DNA of 64,000 bases from Trichosphaerium sp. ATCC 40318 (lineage: Eukaryota > Protista > Tubulinea): contig JALMLS010000381.1 in the NCBI GenBank assembly GCA_038496445.1, forward strand, positions 1 through 64,000, read 5' to 3'. The notes under the pieces were generated by a model. That model was not told the origin of the DNA and did not search any database. It saw nothing but the letters and a program-made list of their open reading frames with translations. Shown piece by piece: positions 11,126 through 22,701 of the stretch (positions are counted from its first letter, which is position 1; each line of letters starts with the position of its first letter). The position numbers and the translations under genes were made by a program.

Positions 11126-12509
11126 AACTTGTCTGTTAGTTTGGAGAATGAGTTATTCAAATATTACCAAAAAAATGGACCGCCCACGTTGGAAGTTTCC
11201 AAAAAGTTTCACAGATTCGCGAATCTTGGGTTTTGTGTTTTTCTAAAAGATAAATCTGCAATCACACCTACATTTACAAACACAACAATCTTTTTTTGTT
11301 ACTATTTTAGCGTCATAATTTTTTAGCGTGAAATAATTCACATTACTCAGGAGTTGATTCTAAAAAGAGTAAAAAATTCACACTGGTCTTTCTTGAATAA
11401 ACGAACTTTGTATTGTTGTGTTTGATCATTTACGAAGCGTTACTATGGATGCCAACCAGAACTTCCGTTGGATATCTTTTTATCATAACGGTGACAGACT
11501 ATGGTTGTATTTTTGTACCACTTAGAGATGGCAGAAATACATGGTTTGAACCAATTCAGGTCCAAAAAAACCGGTTCATAAACGGTCCAAATAGTCCGCT
11601 GTCAAGGAAGTTTGGAAAATGAGAAATTAGCTGAAAAGGAATTTTTGTGTTTCCCTTGATTTTTATCAGTCAAAACGGTACTCTGTCACAAAATCTCAGA
11701 GCTGCCTACTCACTGTGTGAATGCACATAAGGTGGCTGTAGAAAATACTCCATCCCACCTGTTCAAAAACGTTCAGAATCATCTCAAATTGAACCTCGTG
11801 AGCTGTTAGCGATGTGTTTCTATTCTTCCTGAAAATACCAAGAGATGTTTGGTTCGAAAACTGTAGTGTACTGGAATTTTACATTGCGTTCGAAAGTCTT
11901 ATTGGTGTGCGTTTCTATTACGAGCAGTTATTTTTAACAATTCACTGAAATACAAGTCTTGAACTAACATATTTCCTCAAATGTCCATCAATATTTTTGA
12001 CTGAAATACAGAGCAATCTCGAATTCTGGGTCCCTTAGCAGAGCTCTACCGCCACTAAAGAATATAGGAAACACTACAAGAGCTCTTAATTCCTTGATCT
12101 ACCAATTGTTGAGGCAAACTTCAATCACACGATAATTGTTAGCTGCAGCTACCAAACTCAATGGTAATTCCCAGGCGCTACCAATCTCATTTATAATCTG
12201 CTCGAGCTTGTATAGGATCTGCATTCATCTGATTTGATAGAAGCTGAACATAGAAGACGAGTACACTTAGAGATCGGGCAAGCTGGTGATTTTTTTCGAT
12301 GCATTAATCTTGTAATTATTATTATGAATAAAGTGGGCTACGGCGCTGGCCTCTTGTTTGAAAAAAAACATAGAAGACGTAGCAAACAGTCTCTTGCGCT
12401 AGCAGCTTTTTTTGTTCGCCACCAAAGCTGCTGTAGTCATCACATGTCAACACCAAATTAGGAAGCGTACTTTAAATTCTAACTAGTTGTTTATTAAACA
12501 TTACATTTT

Positions 12510-13471
12510 TCAGTATTCGCTAGCAAGCACACTATTTTGCATTTGCTGTTGGTTCAATAGCCATATTTTTCTTTCGCTTTTTAATAGCTCGTTTTCTTCT
12601 TGAACATCGCTAAACATAACCAATAAATCCAAGTACATTTGCTGCCAATCACACTCTTGTTGTCCAAGAGTGCTAGTTACAAAATGACATCGGTTGTTTG
12701 TACCATGGGTATAGGAAGAGTCGATTGCCATTGGGTCTGGTGAGTTACCTTTGGAAGGATTGGAAGGTTGTTCAACGCACTGAATGTTGGGTTGATACTG
12801 ATCTTTGACGACATACTCGCCTTTGTACTAAGGATTAGAAGATTCAAAAGTACAGCTTATTGGCACGTACCAGTAAAACAGTTGTAAAAGTATCCATTCT
12901 GGGGTGTTACAAGTTCCAGTATTGTATGTTCTTGTGGAAAAACATCACCGCATGCTTGTATATTTTTAAACCCTAAGAGTTGATAAGTCAAGCTTAGATT
13001 TGCCTTAAAATGTTAAGTACCGTTTATTTGCGCTTGTCTTACAAGTGACAGAGCACTTACTTCATAGTTTGAATTCATATCAGGAACTTTAGGATGAAAC
13101 ACAACCAGTTCACACAACTCCTCGCCGCTACAAAGAACCCACTTGAAAACCACGCGCTGACCCTTTACAATGAATTAATGGTTTGTTTAAGGGTTCATTA
13201 GTAAACACGTGCCGGACAAGTGGACTTGATACAATATTTGTACATGTTATTAGTTATTGCCTTGGGATTCGCATATTTATGGAAAATTTCATCGTAGGTC
13301 TGTTTATTGATGTAAATAATCCAGCCCTTTTGGGGTTTACCGTATTTAAACACAGCCTATGACTGTTAGCGTAGGAGAATAGAGGAACCATACAGCACAT
13401 TGTTTAGCAAGGTGTCTATAACGCTTTGCTGCAGTTAAAATTATCTTGAAGAGAGTTTGTGTCCTACTCAT
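12510..13471 (-). CDS. Divergent HSF-like putative transcription factor, paralog B (5 exons) with C-terminal coiled coil
   Basis: LFKIILTAAKRYRHLAKQCA|...GWIIYINKQTYDEIFHKYANPKAITNNMYKYCIKSTCP|GQRVVFKWVL...VVFHPKVPDM...LSLVRQ. Tail WQQMYLDLLVMFSDVQEENELLKSE. Confidence 0.75.
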
Positions 13472-14789
13472 GCGTTGTTTGTTGGAAAGTGAAAAACAAA
13501 AAAATAGTCTAAAAGTGGTTTGGTTCACATTTTACTTCGGAGGCTAAACAATTTTTGAACAATACCAAATCTTGGTGGCCACAACAACTTTTTATAGTTC
13601 TATGCGAAGCCACATCAAGTAAGGATGGTATTTTTTGTACAAGCAAATTTTTCTTGAACAGAAGCCTAAATTCTTTGTAAAAAACTCCCACAATGAAAAA
13701 ACCAAACAACTGGCTGAAGTGACTCTATTTGTGTTATGGTAACTGTAAAAAACTAAACGGAGCTTTGTAGTAGCGTTGTATTGATATTGTGAGCTAACCA
13801 TTCTAAAAACAGAGGGAAAAAAAAAGTACTTTTTGTTAGCTAACATTCCGTTACCTTGGTTAAAAACTCATCGCTAGTTTCTTCCACAAGTTCACTGTCA
13901 TCGCACTTAGAATGGCAGCAAAATTGTCCCTGGGCTTGTTCACGTGATGAGCACGTTATGAGCATACATGTAGATTTCTCGATGAAACATACCCAGTAAT
14001 TTCTTACACTACTTTTGTAACGCTAGTCACGTGCACATATTATTATGTAAACTGGAATCTATGCGTTTGAAAATGCAGCAGAACCTTCAATAACAAGCCG
14101 GCAGTATTTTGAAAAAAAAGCTGTTATGAGTGTACATTTTTTTGATAGCAAAAAACGCATGTATACAACTCAACGTAATCAAATTAAGCAAGATAACTGA
14201 AATTTATACAAACACATCAGTTTAAACCGGAACCTATCCGAATAATAACATCATTGTACATGGCAAGATATTCGTGGGTTGAGTGTATCTATGACTTTTT
14301 AATCACGGGATTAAAATAAAATCCGGTGTTTACCTCAACTTTGCGGAGTTTCTGGGAGAGCGTCTGCTTTAGTAGGTCACTGAAAGGCGTCTAACCAAGC
14401 CGAATTGCCTAGCATAGTTATTTCCGTTGTATTATGTGCACTAACGTGATGATCATGTATAACAGCGGGAAGCAGTTAAGCAATAAATACACTTCCAATG
14501 GTCGCATGGATTGATGTTTGTATTCCGAATCTATCCAGGTAAATTCTTTGTATATAAAGTCACTTGTCAGTAGTGCCCTACACGTACCCTGGGTACAATG
14601 GAATTTATAAGCGGTTTATATATATTGTAGGTCACGTGATAAAATAAAAAGAAAAAAAACCTAAAAAATTAATCACACCTTCACGCCTTCAGTTCACCCA
14701 CTTTTAGCTCAACCAACGCTCTTATTTGTTGCTAAGATTTTTGCCAGATCTGTTTAGCCAGCGTATTTTTTATGAGTTTCAAAAAATAT

Positions 14790-15700
14790 TCCGTTTACCG
14801 AGCCTCAAAATAAACTTTTGCGGTATATGTCATGCAAAGAGTCGTACCGTACTAAACACGTGTTGTAAACTATTGTGTACACAGTGCGGTCTTGTCTTCA
14901 GTTGGAAAAACTTGCTAGCCGCGTAACGCTTCTACGTCCTTCCAAGTAATGAGACGAACTAAGGTTAATGTAAATAAAGCGAGTTGTTCAAGTGCATGTA
15001 CAATCTAAAGTTGAAAACTAAAAACTTTTCATATTTTATCATTCGTACAACATGCAACTCCTCAATTATCGAACTTATCCTTGTCACGATATGACAAATA
15101 TTGAGATATTCCTTTTGGACGCCTTTCCTTGCCTGGATTATGTTTAGTATTAAGACAAGGAACCGACAGTACAAGACATTTAAGACTAGCAAGTCTCAAA
15201 AAAAAAAAAGAAAATCGACCACTTCAGCGTGTAAACACTAAAACATGCTTTTGAGCATTCTATGTACGTAAAACAGGCGTCAGTGTTCGTATTGTTTAAG
15301 TGTTGTAGTTGATAAAGGCCCAAACCGCTGCGAAGAGTGTTGCTGAAGGTATATAGACTTTCTAGATAATCTGCGCTAAAATATACTCATACAACACTCT
15401 TCAACACTAAAAACTTCCATCTAGATGAAAAATCAGTGTAAACACGTGCCCTTGGAACGTTAAAACGTGCTAGAGCACAAATTAAAAAAAAACATCTAAC
15501 ACCCCTAAAAGTTATGCACGCCAAGAACCAACGCCACGTAATCGATTGAGGTATGTTTGACGTACCCAAAATCAAAACTATCTTACTAACGGCCTTGTGT
15601 AGCTGTTATTGCTGTTGAAACTATGCTCAAAAATAAATAGCGATTCTGTTCTTGAAGGGCGTGGTTTCTTTTTGGCCGAGGACTTAAGTTAACTTCACAG
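14790..15700. repeat. Diverged ~0.9-kb non-coding module, copy 1 (others at ~17830-18745 and a partial copy at ~20850-21000)
   Basis: Shared blocks in the same order: tgcggta..gtcgta, tattgtg.ac, ttccttgcctggatt, cacgtgccctt..aacgttaaaa, ctaacg.ccttgtg.agctgttat. Confidence 0.8.
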
Positions 15701-16692
15701 CGGTGATAAGAGTTTGAAAAGTTATATCCATAAGCAGAGTACATAGGGAGTTGTCCAGAGATTTGTAATCTGAATTTACACTATCATTGCTTTCATAAGT
15801 TTTGAGAGTTTTTTAAGCTCATTATCGTCTCTAGTGAACTGGAAGGAGCCCTGCCCTAACCCCAATAGTTGTTCCAAGTACTAAAATAACCAAAAAACGA
15901 TGACTTTTAATTCGACGCTGTCACAAAAGGAATATTAAGTACGGGAAATTGCAAACAAAATTAAACATACAGAACCCATACCAGACAAATATAGTCAATA
16001 TGGATGCCTCTAAAGCCTCCCCGGTTTGTTGAATCTGTAAAATGTATCATTACAGATTGCACTACATAGTTTGCTTTCCAGCGAACCATCCCAGAAGTTA
16101 CAAACTCTATGTCCAGAGAATATTGTTCAAATTAATCCAGAGGTGCCTTGGTTGGTAGGCATCCGTAGCTGTAATGACTAATTTATGTTTTAAAGGAGTA
16201 TTCGTTCATGCTGATTTTAAGATAAGAACGTGACTAGTTTTTTAGCAAAGAAAATGCTCAACTCAAGTTGTTCTGAAATAAATAAATTCGCCTTGCTTTC
16301 AAGTTCACGAAACTTCAACATTTAACACACAGAAATAGTGAGATACTCCTTGTGGCAAGCAGATTTGGTCTTGGATAGTGTAGTAGCAAGGCTTGTTTAG
16401 TAGGTTTTTGTAAAGCGATCACCTACTTTATAGCCTCTAGAAGAAAACTAAGATAAGCAAAAAAATTACCAACACATTTAAAATCTCAATAGCAGTAAAA
16501 AAAAAAGAACAAACAAAGATTAATCACAAAGAATGTCTGTGTACTACTTCAGTCTTTGGTACTATTAGTCAGCACTTTAAATAAGACGTTCCAACAAAGA
16601 GAACAACTAGTGGTACATATGGAAACCCCAGCCATACCAGTGAACATGACACTCATCACATCAAAAAAAACTAAACAACAACAAAATACGCA

Positions 16693-17123
16693 ATGCATCG
16701 CCTCTTGCTCCTTCTGTTGGTATTATGCTCCTTTACAGCATCGATCTCTGCACTTGTGCAGTTCCAAAGAGGAGGGATTAACATTGCGCTATGGAAGCTC
16801 CTATTAGCACTGTGAGAATGCAAACTATAGCTTTTAGCACCTCAGTGTCGCCATCACAGTACTGGTTTCAAGTATCTCGCCCAGGAGGAACAGCTTACAG
16901 AAATTATCAAACACGGAGGTGCCTTGAATTAGACATCAACTTAACAAATCCTAATCTTTACGTTGGAACTTCTGCATGCACTTTCTCTAACAAGCAATTG
17001 TTCAATCTTGGTAGTGATAAAAAGCTAAGGGCTGTTGCTGGTGGATGTATAACCAGCGGAGGCGCTGGTGGTCGTGTTCAAGGAACTGGTTGTAACAACG
17101 CTCCTCAGTGGTTTCTCGTATAA
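16693..17123 (+). pseudogene. Intronless secreted ricin-B (beta-trefoil) lectin with a 1-nt frameshift after the signal peptide
   Basis: Signal peptide MHRLLLLLLVLCSFTASISA is out of frame with ORF 16791-17123 (SQYW, RNYQTRRCLE, KQLF, GGCI, PQW). TAA at 16779-16781 in the lectin frame rules out rescue by an intron. Confidence 0.65.
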
Positions 17124-17829
17124 AAACCTTTTCACTCAAATAAATGATGCTATTCATTTCACCAAGCCTTAGTTTTTAGCCAAGTTCCTAGAGTACGATC
17201 ATGTTGATAATAAGTTGATTTACGTTCGATTTCATCGTTGTGAAATATGTGTGACTTTTTTGGTCCGATTTTTTATGTGTCACGTGACTAGAAAAAGTTG
17301 ACAAAAAATTGCATGTTGAAACTATGAAAACGCCTATGTCCTTGTTAGCTGAACGTCTTGACACAACAATATCAAACGCGTTAATATTGAAGAAATTTGA
17401 TTGCAGATTGCACGTTAACATATTTCTGATATTCCTGTAATTACTGCGTTGACATTGAATGATTTTTTTTTATTCCGGTTTCAATGAACAGCTGCAGATA
17501 GAAAAGTTTTTGCCACGTGCCAACATGAAGAAAGGCCAGACGCTCTTTAATATCTTTGTCATGCTTTGGAAGTTCTAAAAAATAACAAGAAAGTGATTTG
17601 TAATCAGGATACAAAACGGAAAACTTGCCCACATGACCTTCTCTTGGTTCAGGAAGCCAATAAATATGAATTTATACCAAAATATGAGTGTACAGGCAGT
17701 CTCGAGTTCAGTTGAACCTAAAATGGACGCATCTGTACGAGGGTGGTTCCACTTTGGAAGTAGGTAGGCAGTGTTGGTCAAAAACACGTGAAAAATACTT
17801 CAAAATGTAACGCACTAACTCCGTGTCCT

Positions 17830-18745
17830 TGTTTAACTGTTTAGAAAGCCACGTGTACCAACGGGTTTTTTGTAGGTTAAAGACCACCAGTTACCAAAAA
17901 TAAGCAACTGTGCGGTAAATCTCACTACAAACAGTCGTAACATAGCTAGCACAAGATACTGTGTGTAGAGTATTGTGCACATACTACTCCGTTTGCAGCG
18001 CACAAGTAGGAGAAAACTGCTTCGGTTAGTTTTATCAGATAGATAAAGCGGTGTAGCTCCTTTTAATGTTTCTTTATGTGTACGACTACTGAAGGTGAAC
18101 TAGCGAAAATTCATAATGTTAGTTGGGTTTTTTTACCTCAACTTCATCTGATGAGCTTGCGTATAACATAACGTTCCAAGATACAACTCCTAGATAGAAA
18201 CATTGAGATAGTCTATATTTTTATGCCTTCCTTGCCTGGATTCATGTCAATACGAACTAACCACGAGCAACAAGGTAGTGTTTGGTCCAAACAAAACAAA
18301 AAATTATCAAAAAAAAAACGACATTGTAAAACACTAAACGTACTTGTGGCATTCTACATACAGCGCCAACGCCATCGTTTGTTTTTGAAGCCTACAAACT
18401 GCGTTGTAGGCAAACAAGCTTGTATACTCTAAAAACTTTCGTTAGTGTAAAAAATGGAGTTACACGTGCCCTTAAAACGTTAAAAACGTGTCAGCAAACT
18501 AAACCAAAAAAAACGACATTATCACAACATTTTGTGTTCACCCAACGCTGAGCGAACACCGGTAAAGCATTAAACAGCTGATACGCTATGTTTAACGTAC
18601 CGAAATAAAAACTGTCTTCTAACGACCTTGTGCAGCTGTTATAGCGCTTGAAACTTTGCACAAAAGCACTACACATTTATGCAGGGCTTCTGTTATGAAA
18701 CAGGAGGTTGGCTGGGCTGTGTTTTTGGAGACTTAACTTCAAAAC
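17830..18745. repeat. Diverged non-coding module, copy 2
   Basis: Collinear with 14790-15700. cacgtg.accaacgggttttt is shared with 20876. Confidence 0.78.
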
Positions 18746-18843
18746 GTTTGGTAAAAAAAAATACACTATTTATTGTACAATGATTGATACCTTATGTAAA
18801 TGATGGCGCTTAAACAAGTCAACTTCTCTCTAGTAGTAAATAT

Positions 18844-19772
18844 TTACAGCGTTCCAGTAAGCGTCGTACGTGTGTTCCTTTTCTTCCATTTGCAAGGGGT
18901 CGCCACCAGCTTCTTGCCCTGTGCTGAATCAGAATTGTACTGCTCTTTTTCCGTACCTTGAGGGTTATCGATTACCATTGGTTCAGTAGGCTCACAAGCA
19001 AGGGATTGTGGTTCGTCAACGAACAAGGAGTTGGACTTGTCCACAAATGAATTGGGCGGCGCGGTGTTTTGGATCATAGCATCAGGATTGATACACTTGC
19101 TAACGTTATTTTGGTGAGTTGGTGAATCGTTACCAATCTTTACTTCTTTATCTGTCGAGACTTTAAGAAACTCTACATAGAAAATATGAGTAAGAAATAC
19201 TTTTGAAAAAAGGATTTAGTACTCCGTATGTAGCATTCCTTTACTTTTTTATAGTGATGTGGCTCTAATTTTAGACTCATGTCAGGTGCGTTAGTGTTGA
19301 AAATAACAAATTCAAACAGTTCTCGGCCACCAGCTGTAATTTTTTTGTAGCATCTTCTTTTTTTCTACAAAAAAAAAAATTAAAACTAGTTTTTCCAAGT
19401 TTGTTGTTGTTAAACACTCACAGCAATGCTACTTCTTATGCCGTACTTGTATAAGTTGTTTGTGAAGGATTTTGACGATGTATAAAGTCGTTGAAGGGTA
19501 CGAAAGTCTGACACAGCTATGTAGAACAACCACGCTTTAACGACTTTTATACTACCTCCATCTCTAAAAAGAGCCTATACACATTGTTAGTTGTTTCAAA
19601 AAACAAAGCGAAACAAGTAAATGAAGTTAAAAAAAAACCCGGAAAAGCAAAAAAGCAAAAAAAGCAAACCATCACGCACAAAACACTTCTTTGACAACTG
19701 AGGGTTCTTTTGAGCAAGTTTTAAAACTTTTTGTATCAGAGGTTTATTATTTCTTTCTTTGCTGTGACTCAT
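18844..19772 (-). CDS. Divergent HSF-like putative transcription factor, paralog C (4 exons)
   Basis: KPLIQKVLKLAQKNPQLSKKCF|ALFRDGGSIKVVKAWLFYIAVSDFRTLQRLYTSSKSFTNNLYKYGIRSSIA|KKRRCYKKITAGGRELFEFVIFNTNAPDM, then a low-complexity tail with basic KWKKR. Confidence 0.75.
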
Positions 19773-22701
19773 GCTTTGTTTGGTAAAAATAAAACACACT
19801 TAAGTGTGTTTAAGTCAAACACCAACGATATTTTTCAAAAAACTTACCATTTCTGAGTGGTGAAAGCTGGTTTTGTAGTTATTTTGCAAGTGTTGTGAGT
19901 TATTATCGCCTGCTTTCAGGAAGTAAATCTATAGATTGAAAAGTCAAAGTTAGGGTTCAAAACAACATCAAAAAGTTTTTCAATGATGGAATGTGACAAA
20001 CACGTTCTAGTGGGTTAGTCAAAAAAACCCGGTACACACCGGAGTTTTAAAGAAATGTGAAGCTGGTTTTGTGTTGAATAAAGGGAGTGAAAAACATGGC
20101 GTCAAACAGCCTATTTGAGACTGAAAAGAGTTTGAAAAGGGGTTTTTTTTTCGGTTTCACAAAAAAAACGTTAACTGTTTTTCAAACCACACTTACCTGA
20201 GCACCGGATTGACTCATATTTGCTGCTTACTCCTTTCTGATGTGTACCTCTGCTGAAACATTTCGTAACAACTGCTTTTACTACAAAATTTTTCCGTTTG
20301 GCTCAGGCGAGGCACAGCAAGTCACATTACATCTGGGTTAGTAAACAGAAGAAAAGATTGATACTGTGCTATATTTTTAGCTTAGCACCTATCAAAATAT
20401 CAGATGCGACAATAACGATAACAGTACCTTTTGGAACATACCATAAATTACATTGCTAACAATAAGATTTACTGTTGGCGTTGTTCACTCCACAAATGTC
20501 AACCATTTTGGCCTTTACATACATATACATCATTGAATGTTGTACCACACACATTCTGAGCTACTGCTCGATGAAAAGCGATAAAAAAAGCCAAAAACTT
20601 TTACCTATCCGTGTATCCTTTTGTCAATTGTTCATGAGCCTAATATGAATTTAGACAAACACCGAAACAGTTTAGAAAACAAAAAGCAAACAACAAAATA
20701 AACGAAAAAAAAAACCGCTCCAACAAGGAATCTTCTTGGAAAGCATTTTGAAGCTCTAAGTTCCAGTTCATTTCTGAAACAAATAAAAAATCCTTCTACA
20801 CCTCTTTTTGTACAATCAATGATCCCCTATGGAAGATAGTACTAAGGAGACCTTGTTTAGGGCCTTTTTAAAAGACACGTGCACCAACGGGTTTTTTTGT
20901 CGTTTCATTTGAAAAATCAATAAATAATTGCTGCAAACAGTTGTACAGTTACTAACACAAGGTTTACCTTGTAGTAACGCAGTTGGAAAAAGCCATGTTG
21001 AAGCCTGTCATTGTTTTAGTATGCAATTAAAAGGGACAGCTTTATACATATTCTTGAGGTGTAAACCTGTTTTTGAATTTGGTTATAAAGTGAGTAGAGA
21101 TTATTGCTTGTTTGTGATAAAGATGGTATTCATCCCGCTAGTAGGGCGGGTATGGCCAAATTACTTTCTGACAATACGGTTTTTTCTAGCGAAGAAAGAA
21201 AATAAAAAAGCTATGTTCTGCCACGGTAAACTCAAAACATAGAAAGTTGTGAGCAAAGAAAAAGTGACATTACAATTTTGCAGTGGTAGCTTTTTGTGCA
21301 CAACACGGGAAAAAATCACGAAGTATTTAATAGTATTCTCCAAACAAAAGGATGTTTAGTAAGAATTTTCAGCCTACTGGCATCATACTTTTTTCTATGA
21401 ACTTGGTGAAACAAGAATCGCAAACAATAGCTGGAGGTTACCAGTGTTTTCCTATCTTTTTGGTAATCTCGGTGGTAATTTACTCCGATGATAGGCTCTC
21501 GCAATGCACATTCCAGTTGGCTTTTTGTAAAATGAAAACAAACGTACTATTTTGTACTCCAAACACATGGAAAGGTTTTTTTTAGAGGCGTAATCTACGT
21601 GATTACTAAACAGTTAAGAAAATCACGTTTGTCCTACTTGAAACAATTGCTCACGAAAACAAAGTTCTCCACCACGTAAAACGCCAAGTTGTAATACTAT
21701 AGCCATGCACAGAGCGTAAAGCACTGGTCGTGTATTCTTACCGCAAAACTTTCTCAAACCCTCATCATACTTCAAATTGAAGAGCTCCAGTGGGTCCTAG
21801 ATTACAAAACATAAAGTTAGCCTCCGCTGTATTTGTTACTAACTTTGAATTAAAAAAAAGAACAAAAAAAGATTTGTGGTTTCGGAAACGTAGGGATCCA
21901 TCACGTGATTAAAACGTGACAACTACGCCGCTAATACAAACGCATGGAAAAAGCTCACAGTTCTATATAATATGTTTTACTATGGCTTAAAAGAACCTAA
22001 ACATGTAAAACAATTACCAGGAGGTTTTTAATACAGTTTTGTATAACCAGGCTTTTAATGAGTTTTGACACATGGATTTTTTTTTGTGCCAAAACACAGA
22101 AGAATTTTCAAGCGAAAAAAAAGATCGAAACGGCTTATACACACCAGTCTTGAGGATGTAGATGGCATGGTTTGTCATTTTTCCAAAAAAGCACGCACGT
22201 ATCGTTGGTTGTGAACAAGCCACTTTTTTACCATCGCTGATAGTACGAGCCATAATAATGAATATATATGTCGACGCAGCAGAATAAGAACATTCCGGCG
22301 GTTTTTTTTTGTGCGTGAAGAAAAACAAGCGTAGTAAATAAAAACTAATCTTCATACGCACTAATTTGTACTCAAAAATAGTTGGAAAGGGTTTTTAGAA
22401 GGTATAAAAAAACCGTTACAATTTTTTTCAATACTAGCGTACTCTCACTCCAAAACCGCTCACGTTCGCGGTTATACGTTGATGTATACGTAACAATTAC
22501 GGCTATACCAAAGCCTGCTGTTTGTAATATGGCGACGCACATAACGAATGTTGAGAAAGAAGATAGCGTCTGGCATATTTTTACACTTTAACCCTATCAA
22601 AAAAATTGTTACACGTGACAATAACATAACAGTACCTAGATAACAGCTGTATATCACCATCTCACCATAAATTAAAACTGGCACAATAGTAAGGGTATAC
22701 T

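Noticed and set aside
11640-12240. Coding-like composition between HSF-like paralogs A and B (also 15.7-16.2 kb and 17.2-17.8 kb)
   Set aside because: Stops in all frames and no recognisable motif. These may be decayed genes, but no call can be supported.
14726-14926. RING-like Cys pattern CGIC...CC...CTQC in a short ORF
   Set aside because: The second half of the RING is missing and the cysteines are not kept in the paralogous module at ~17.9 kb.
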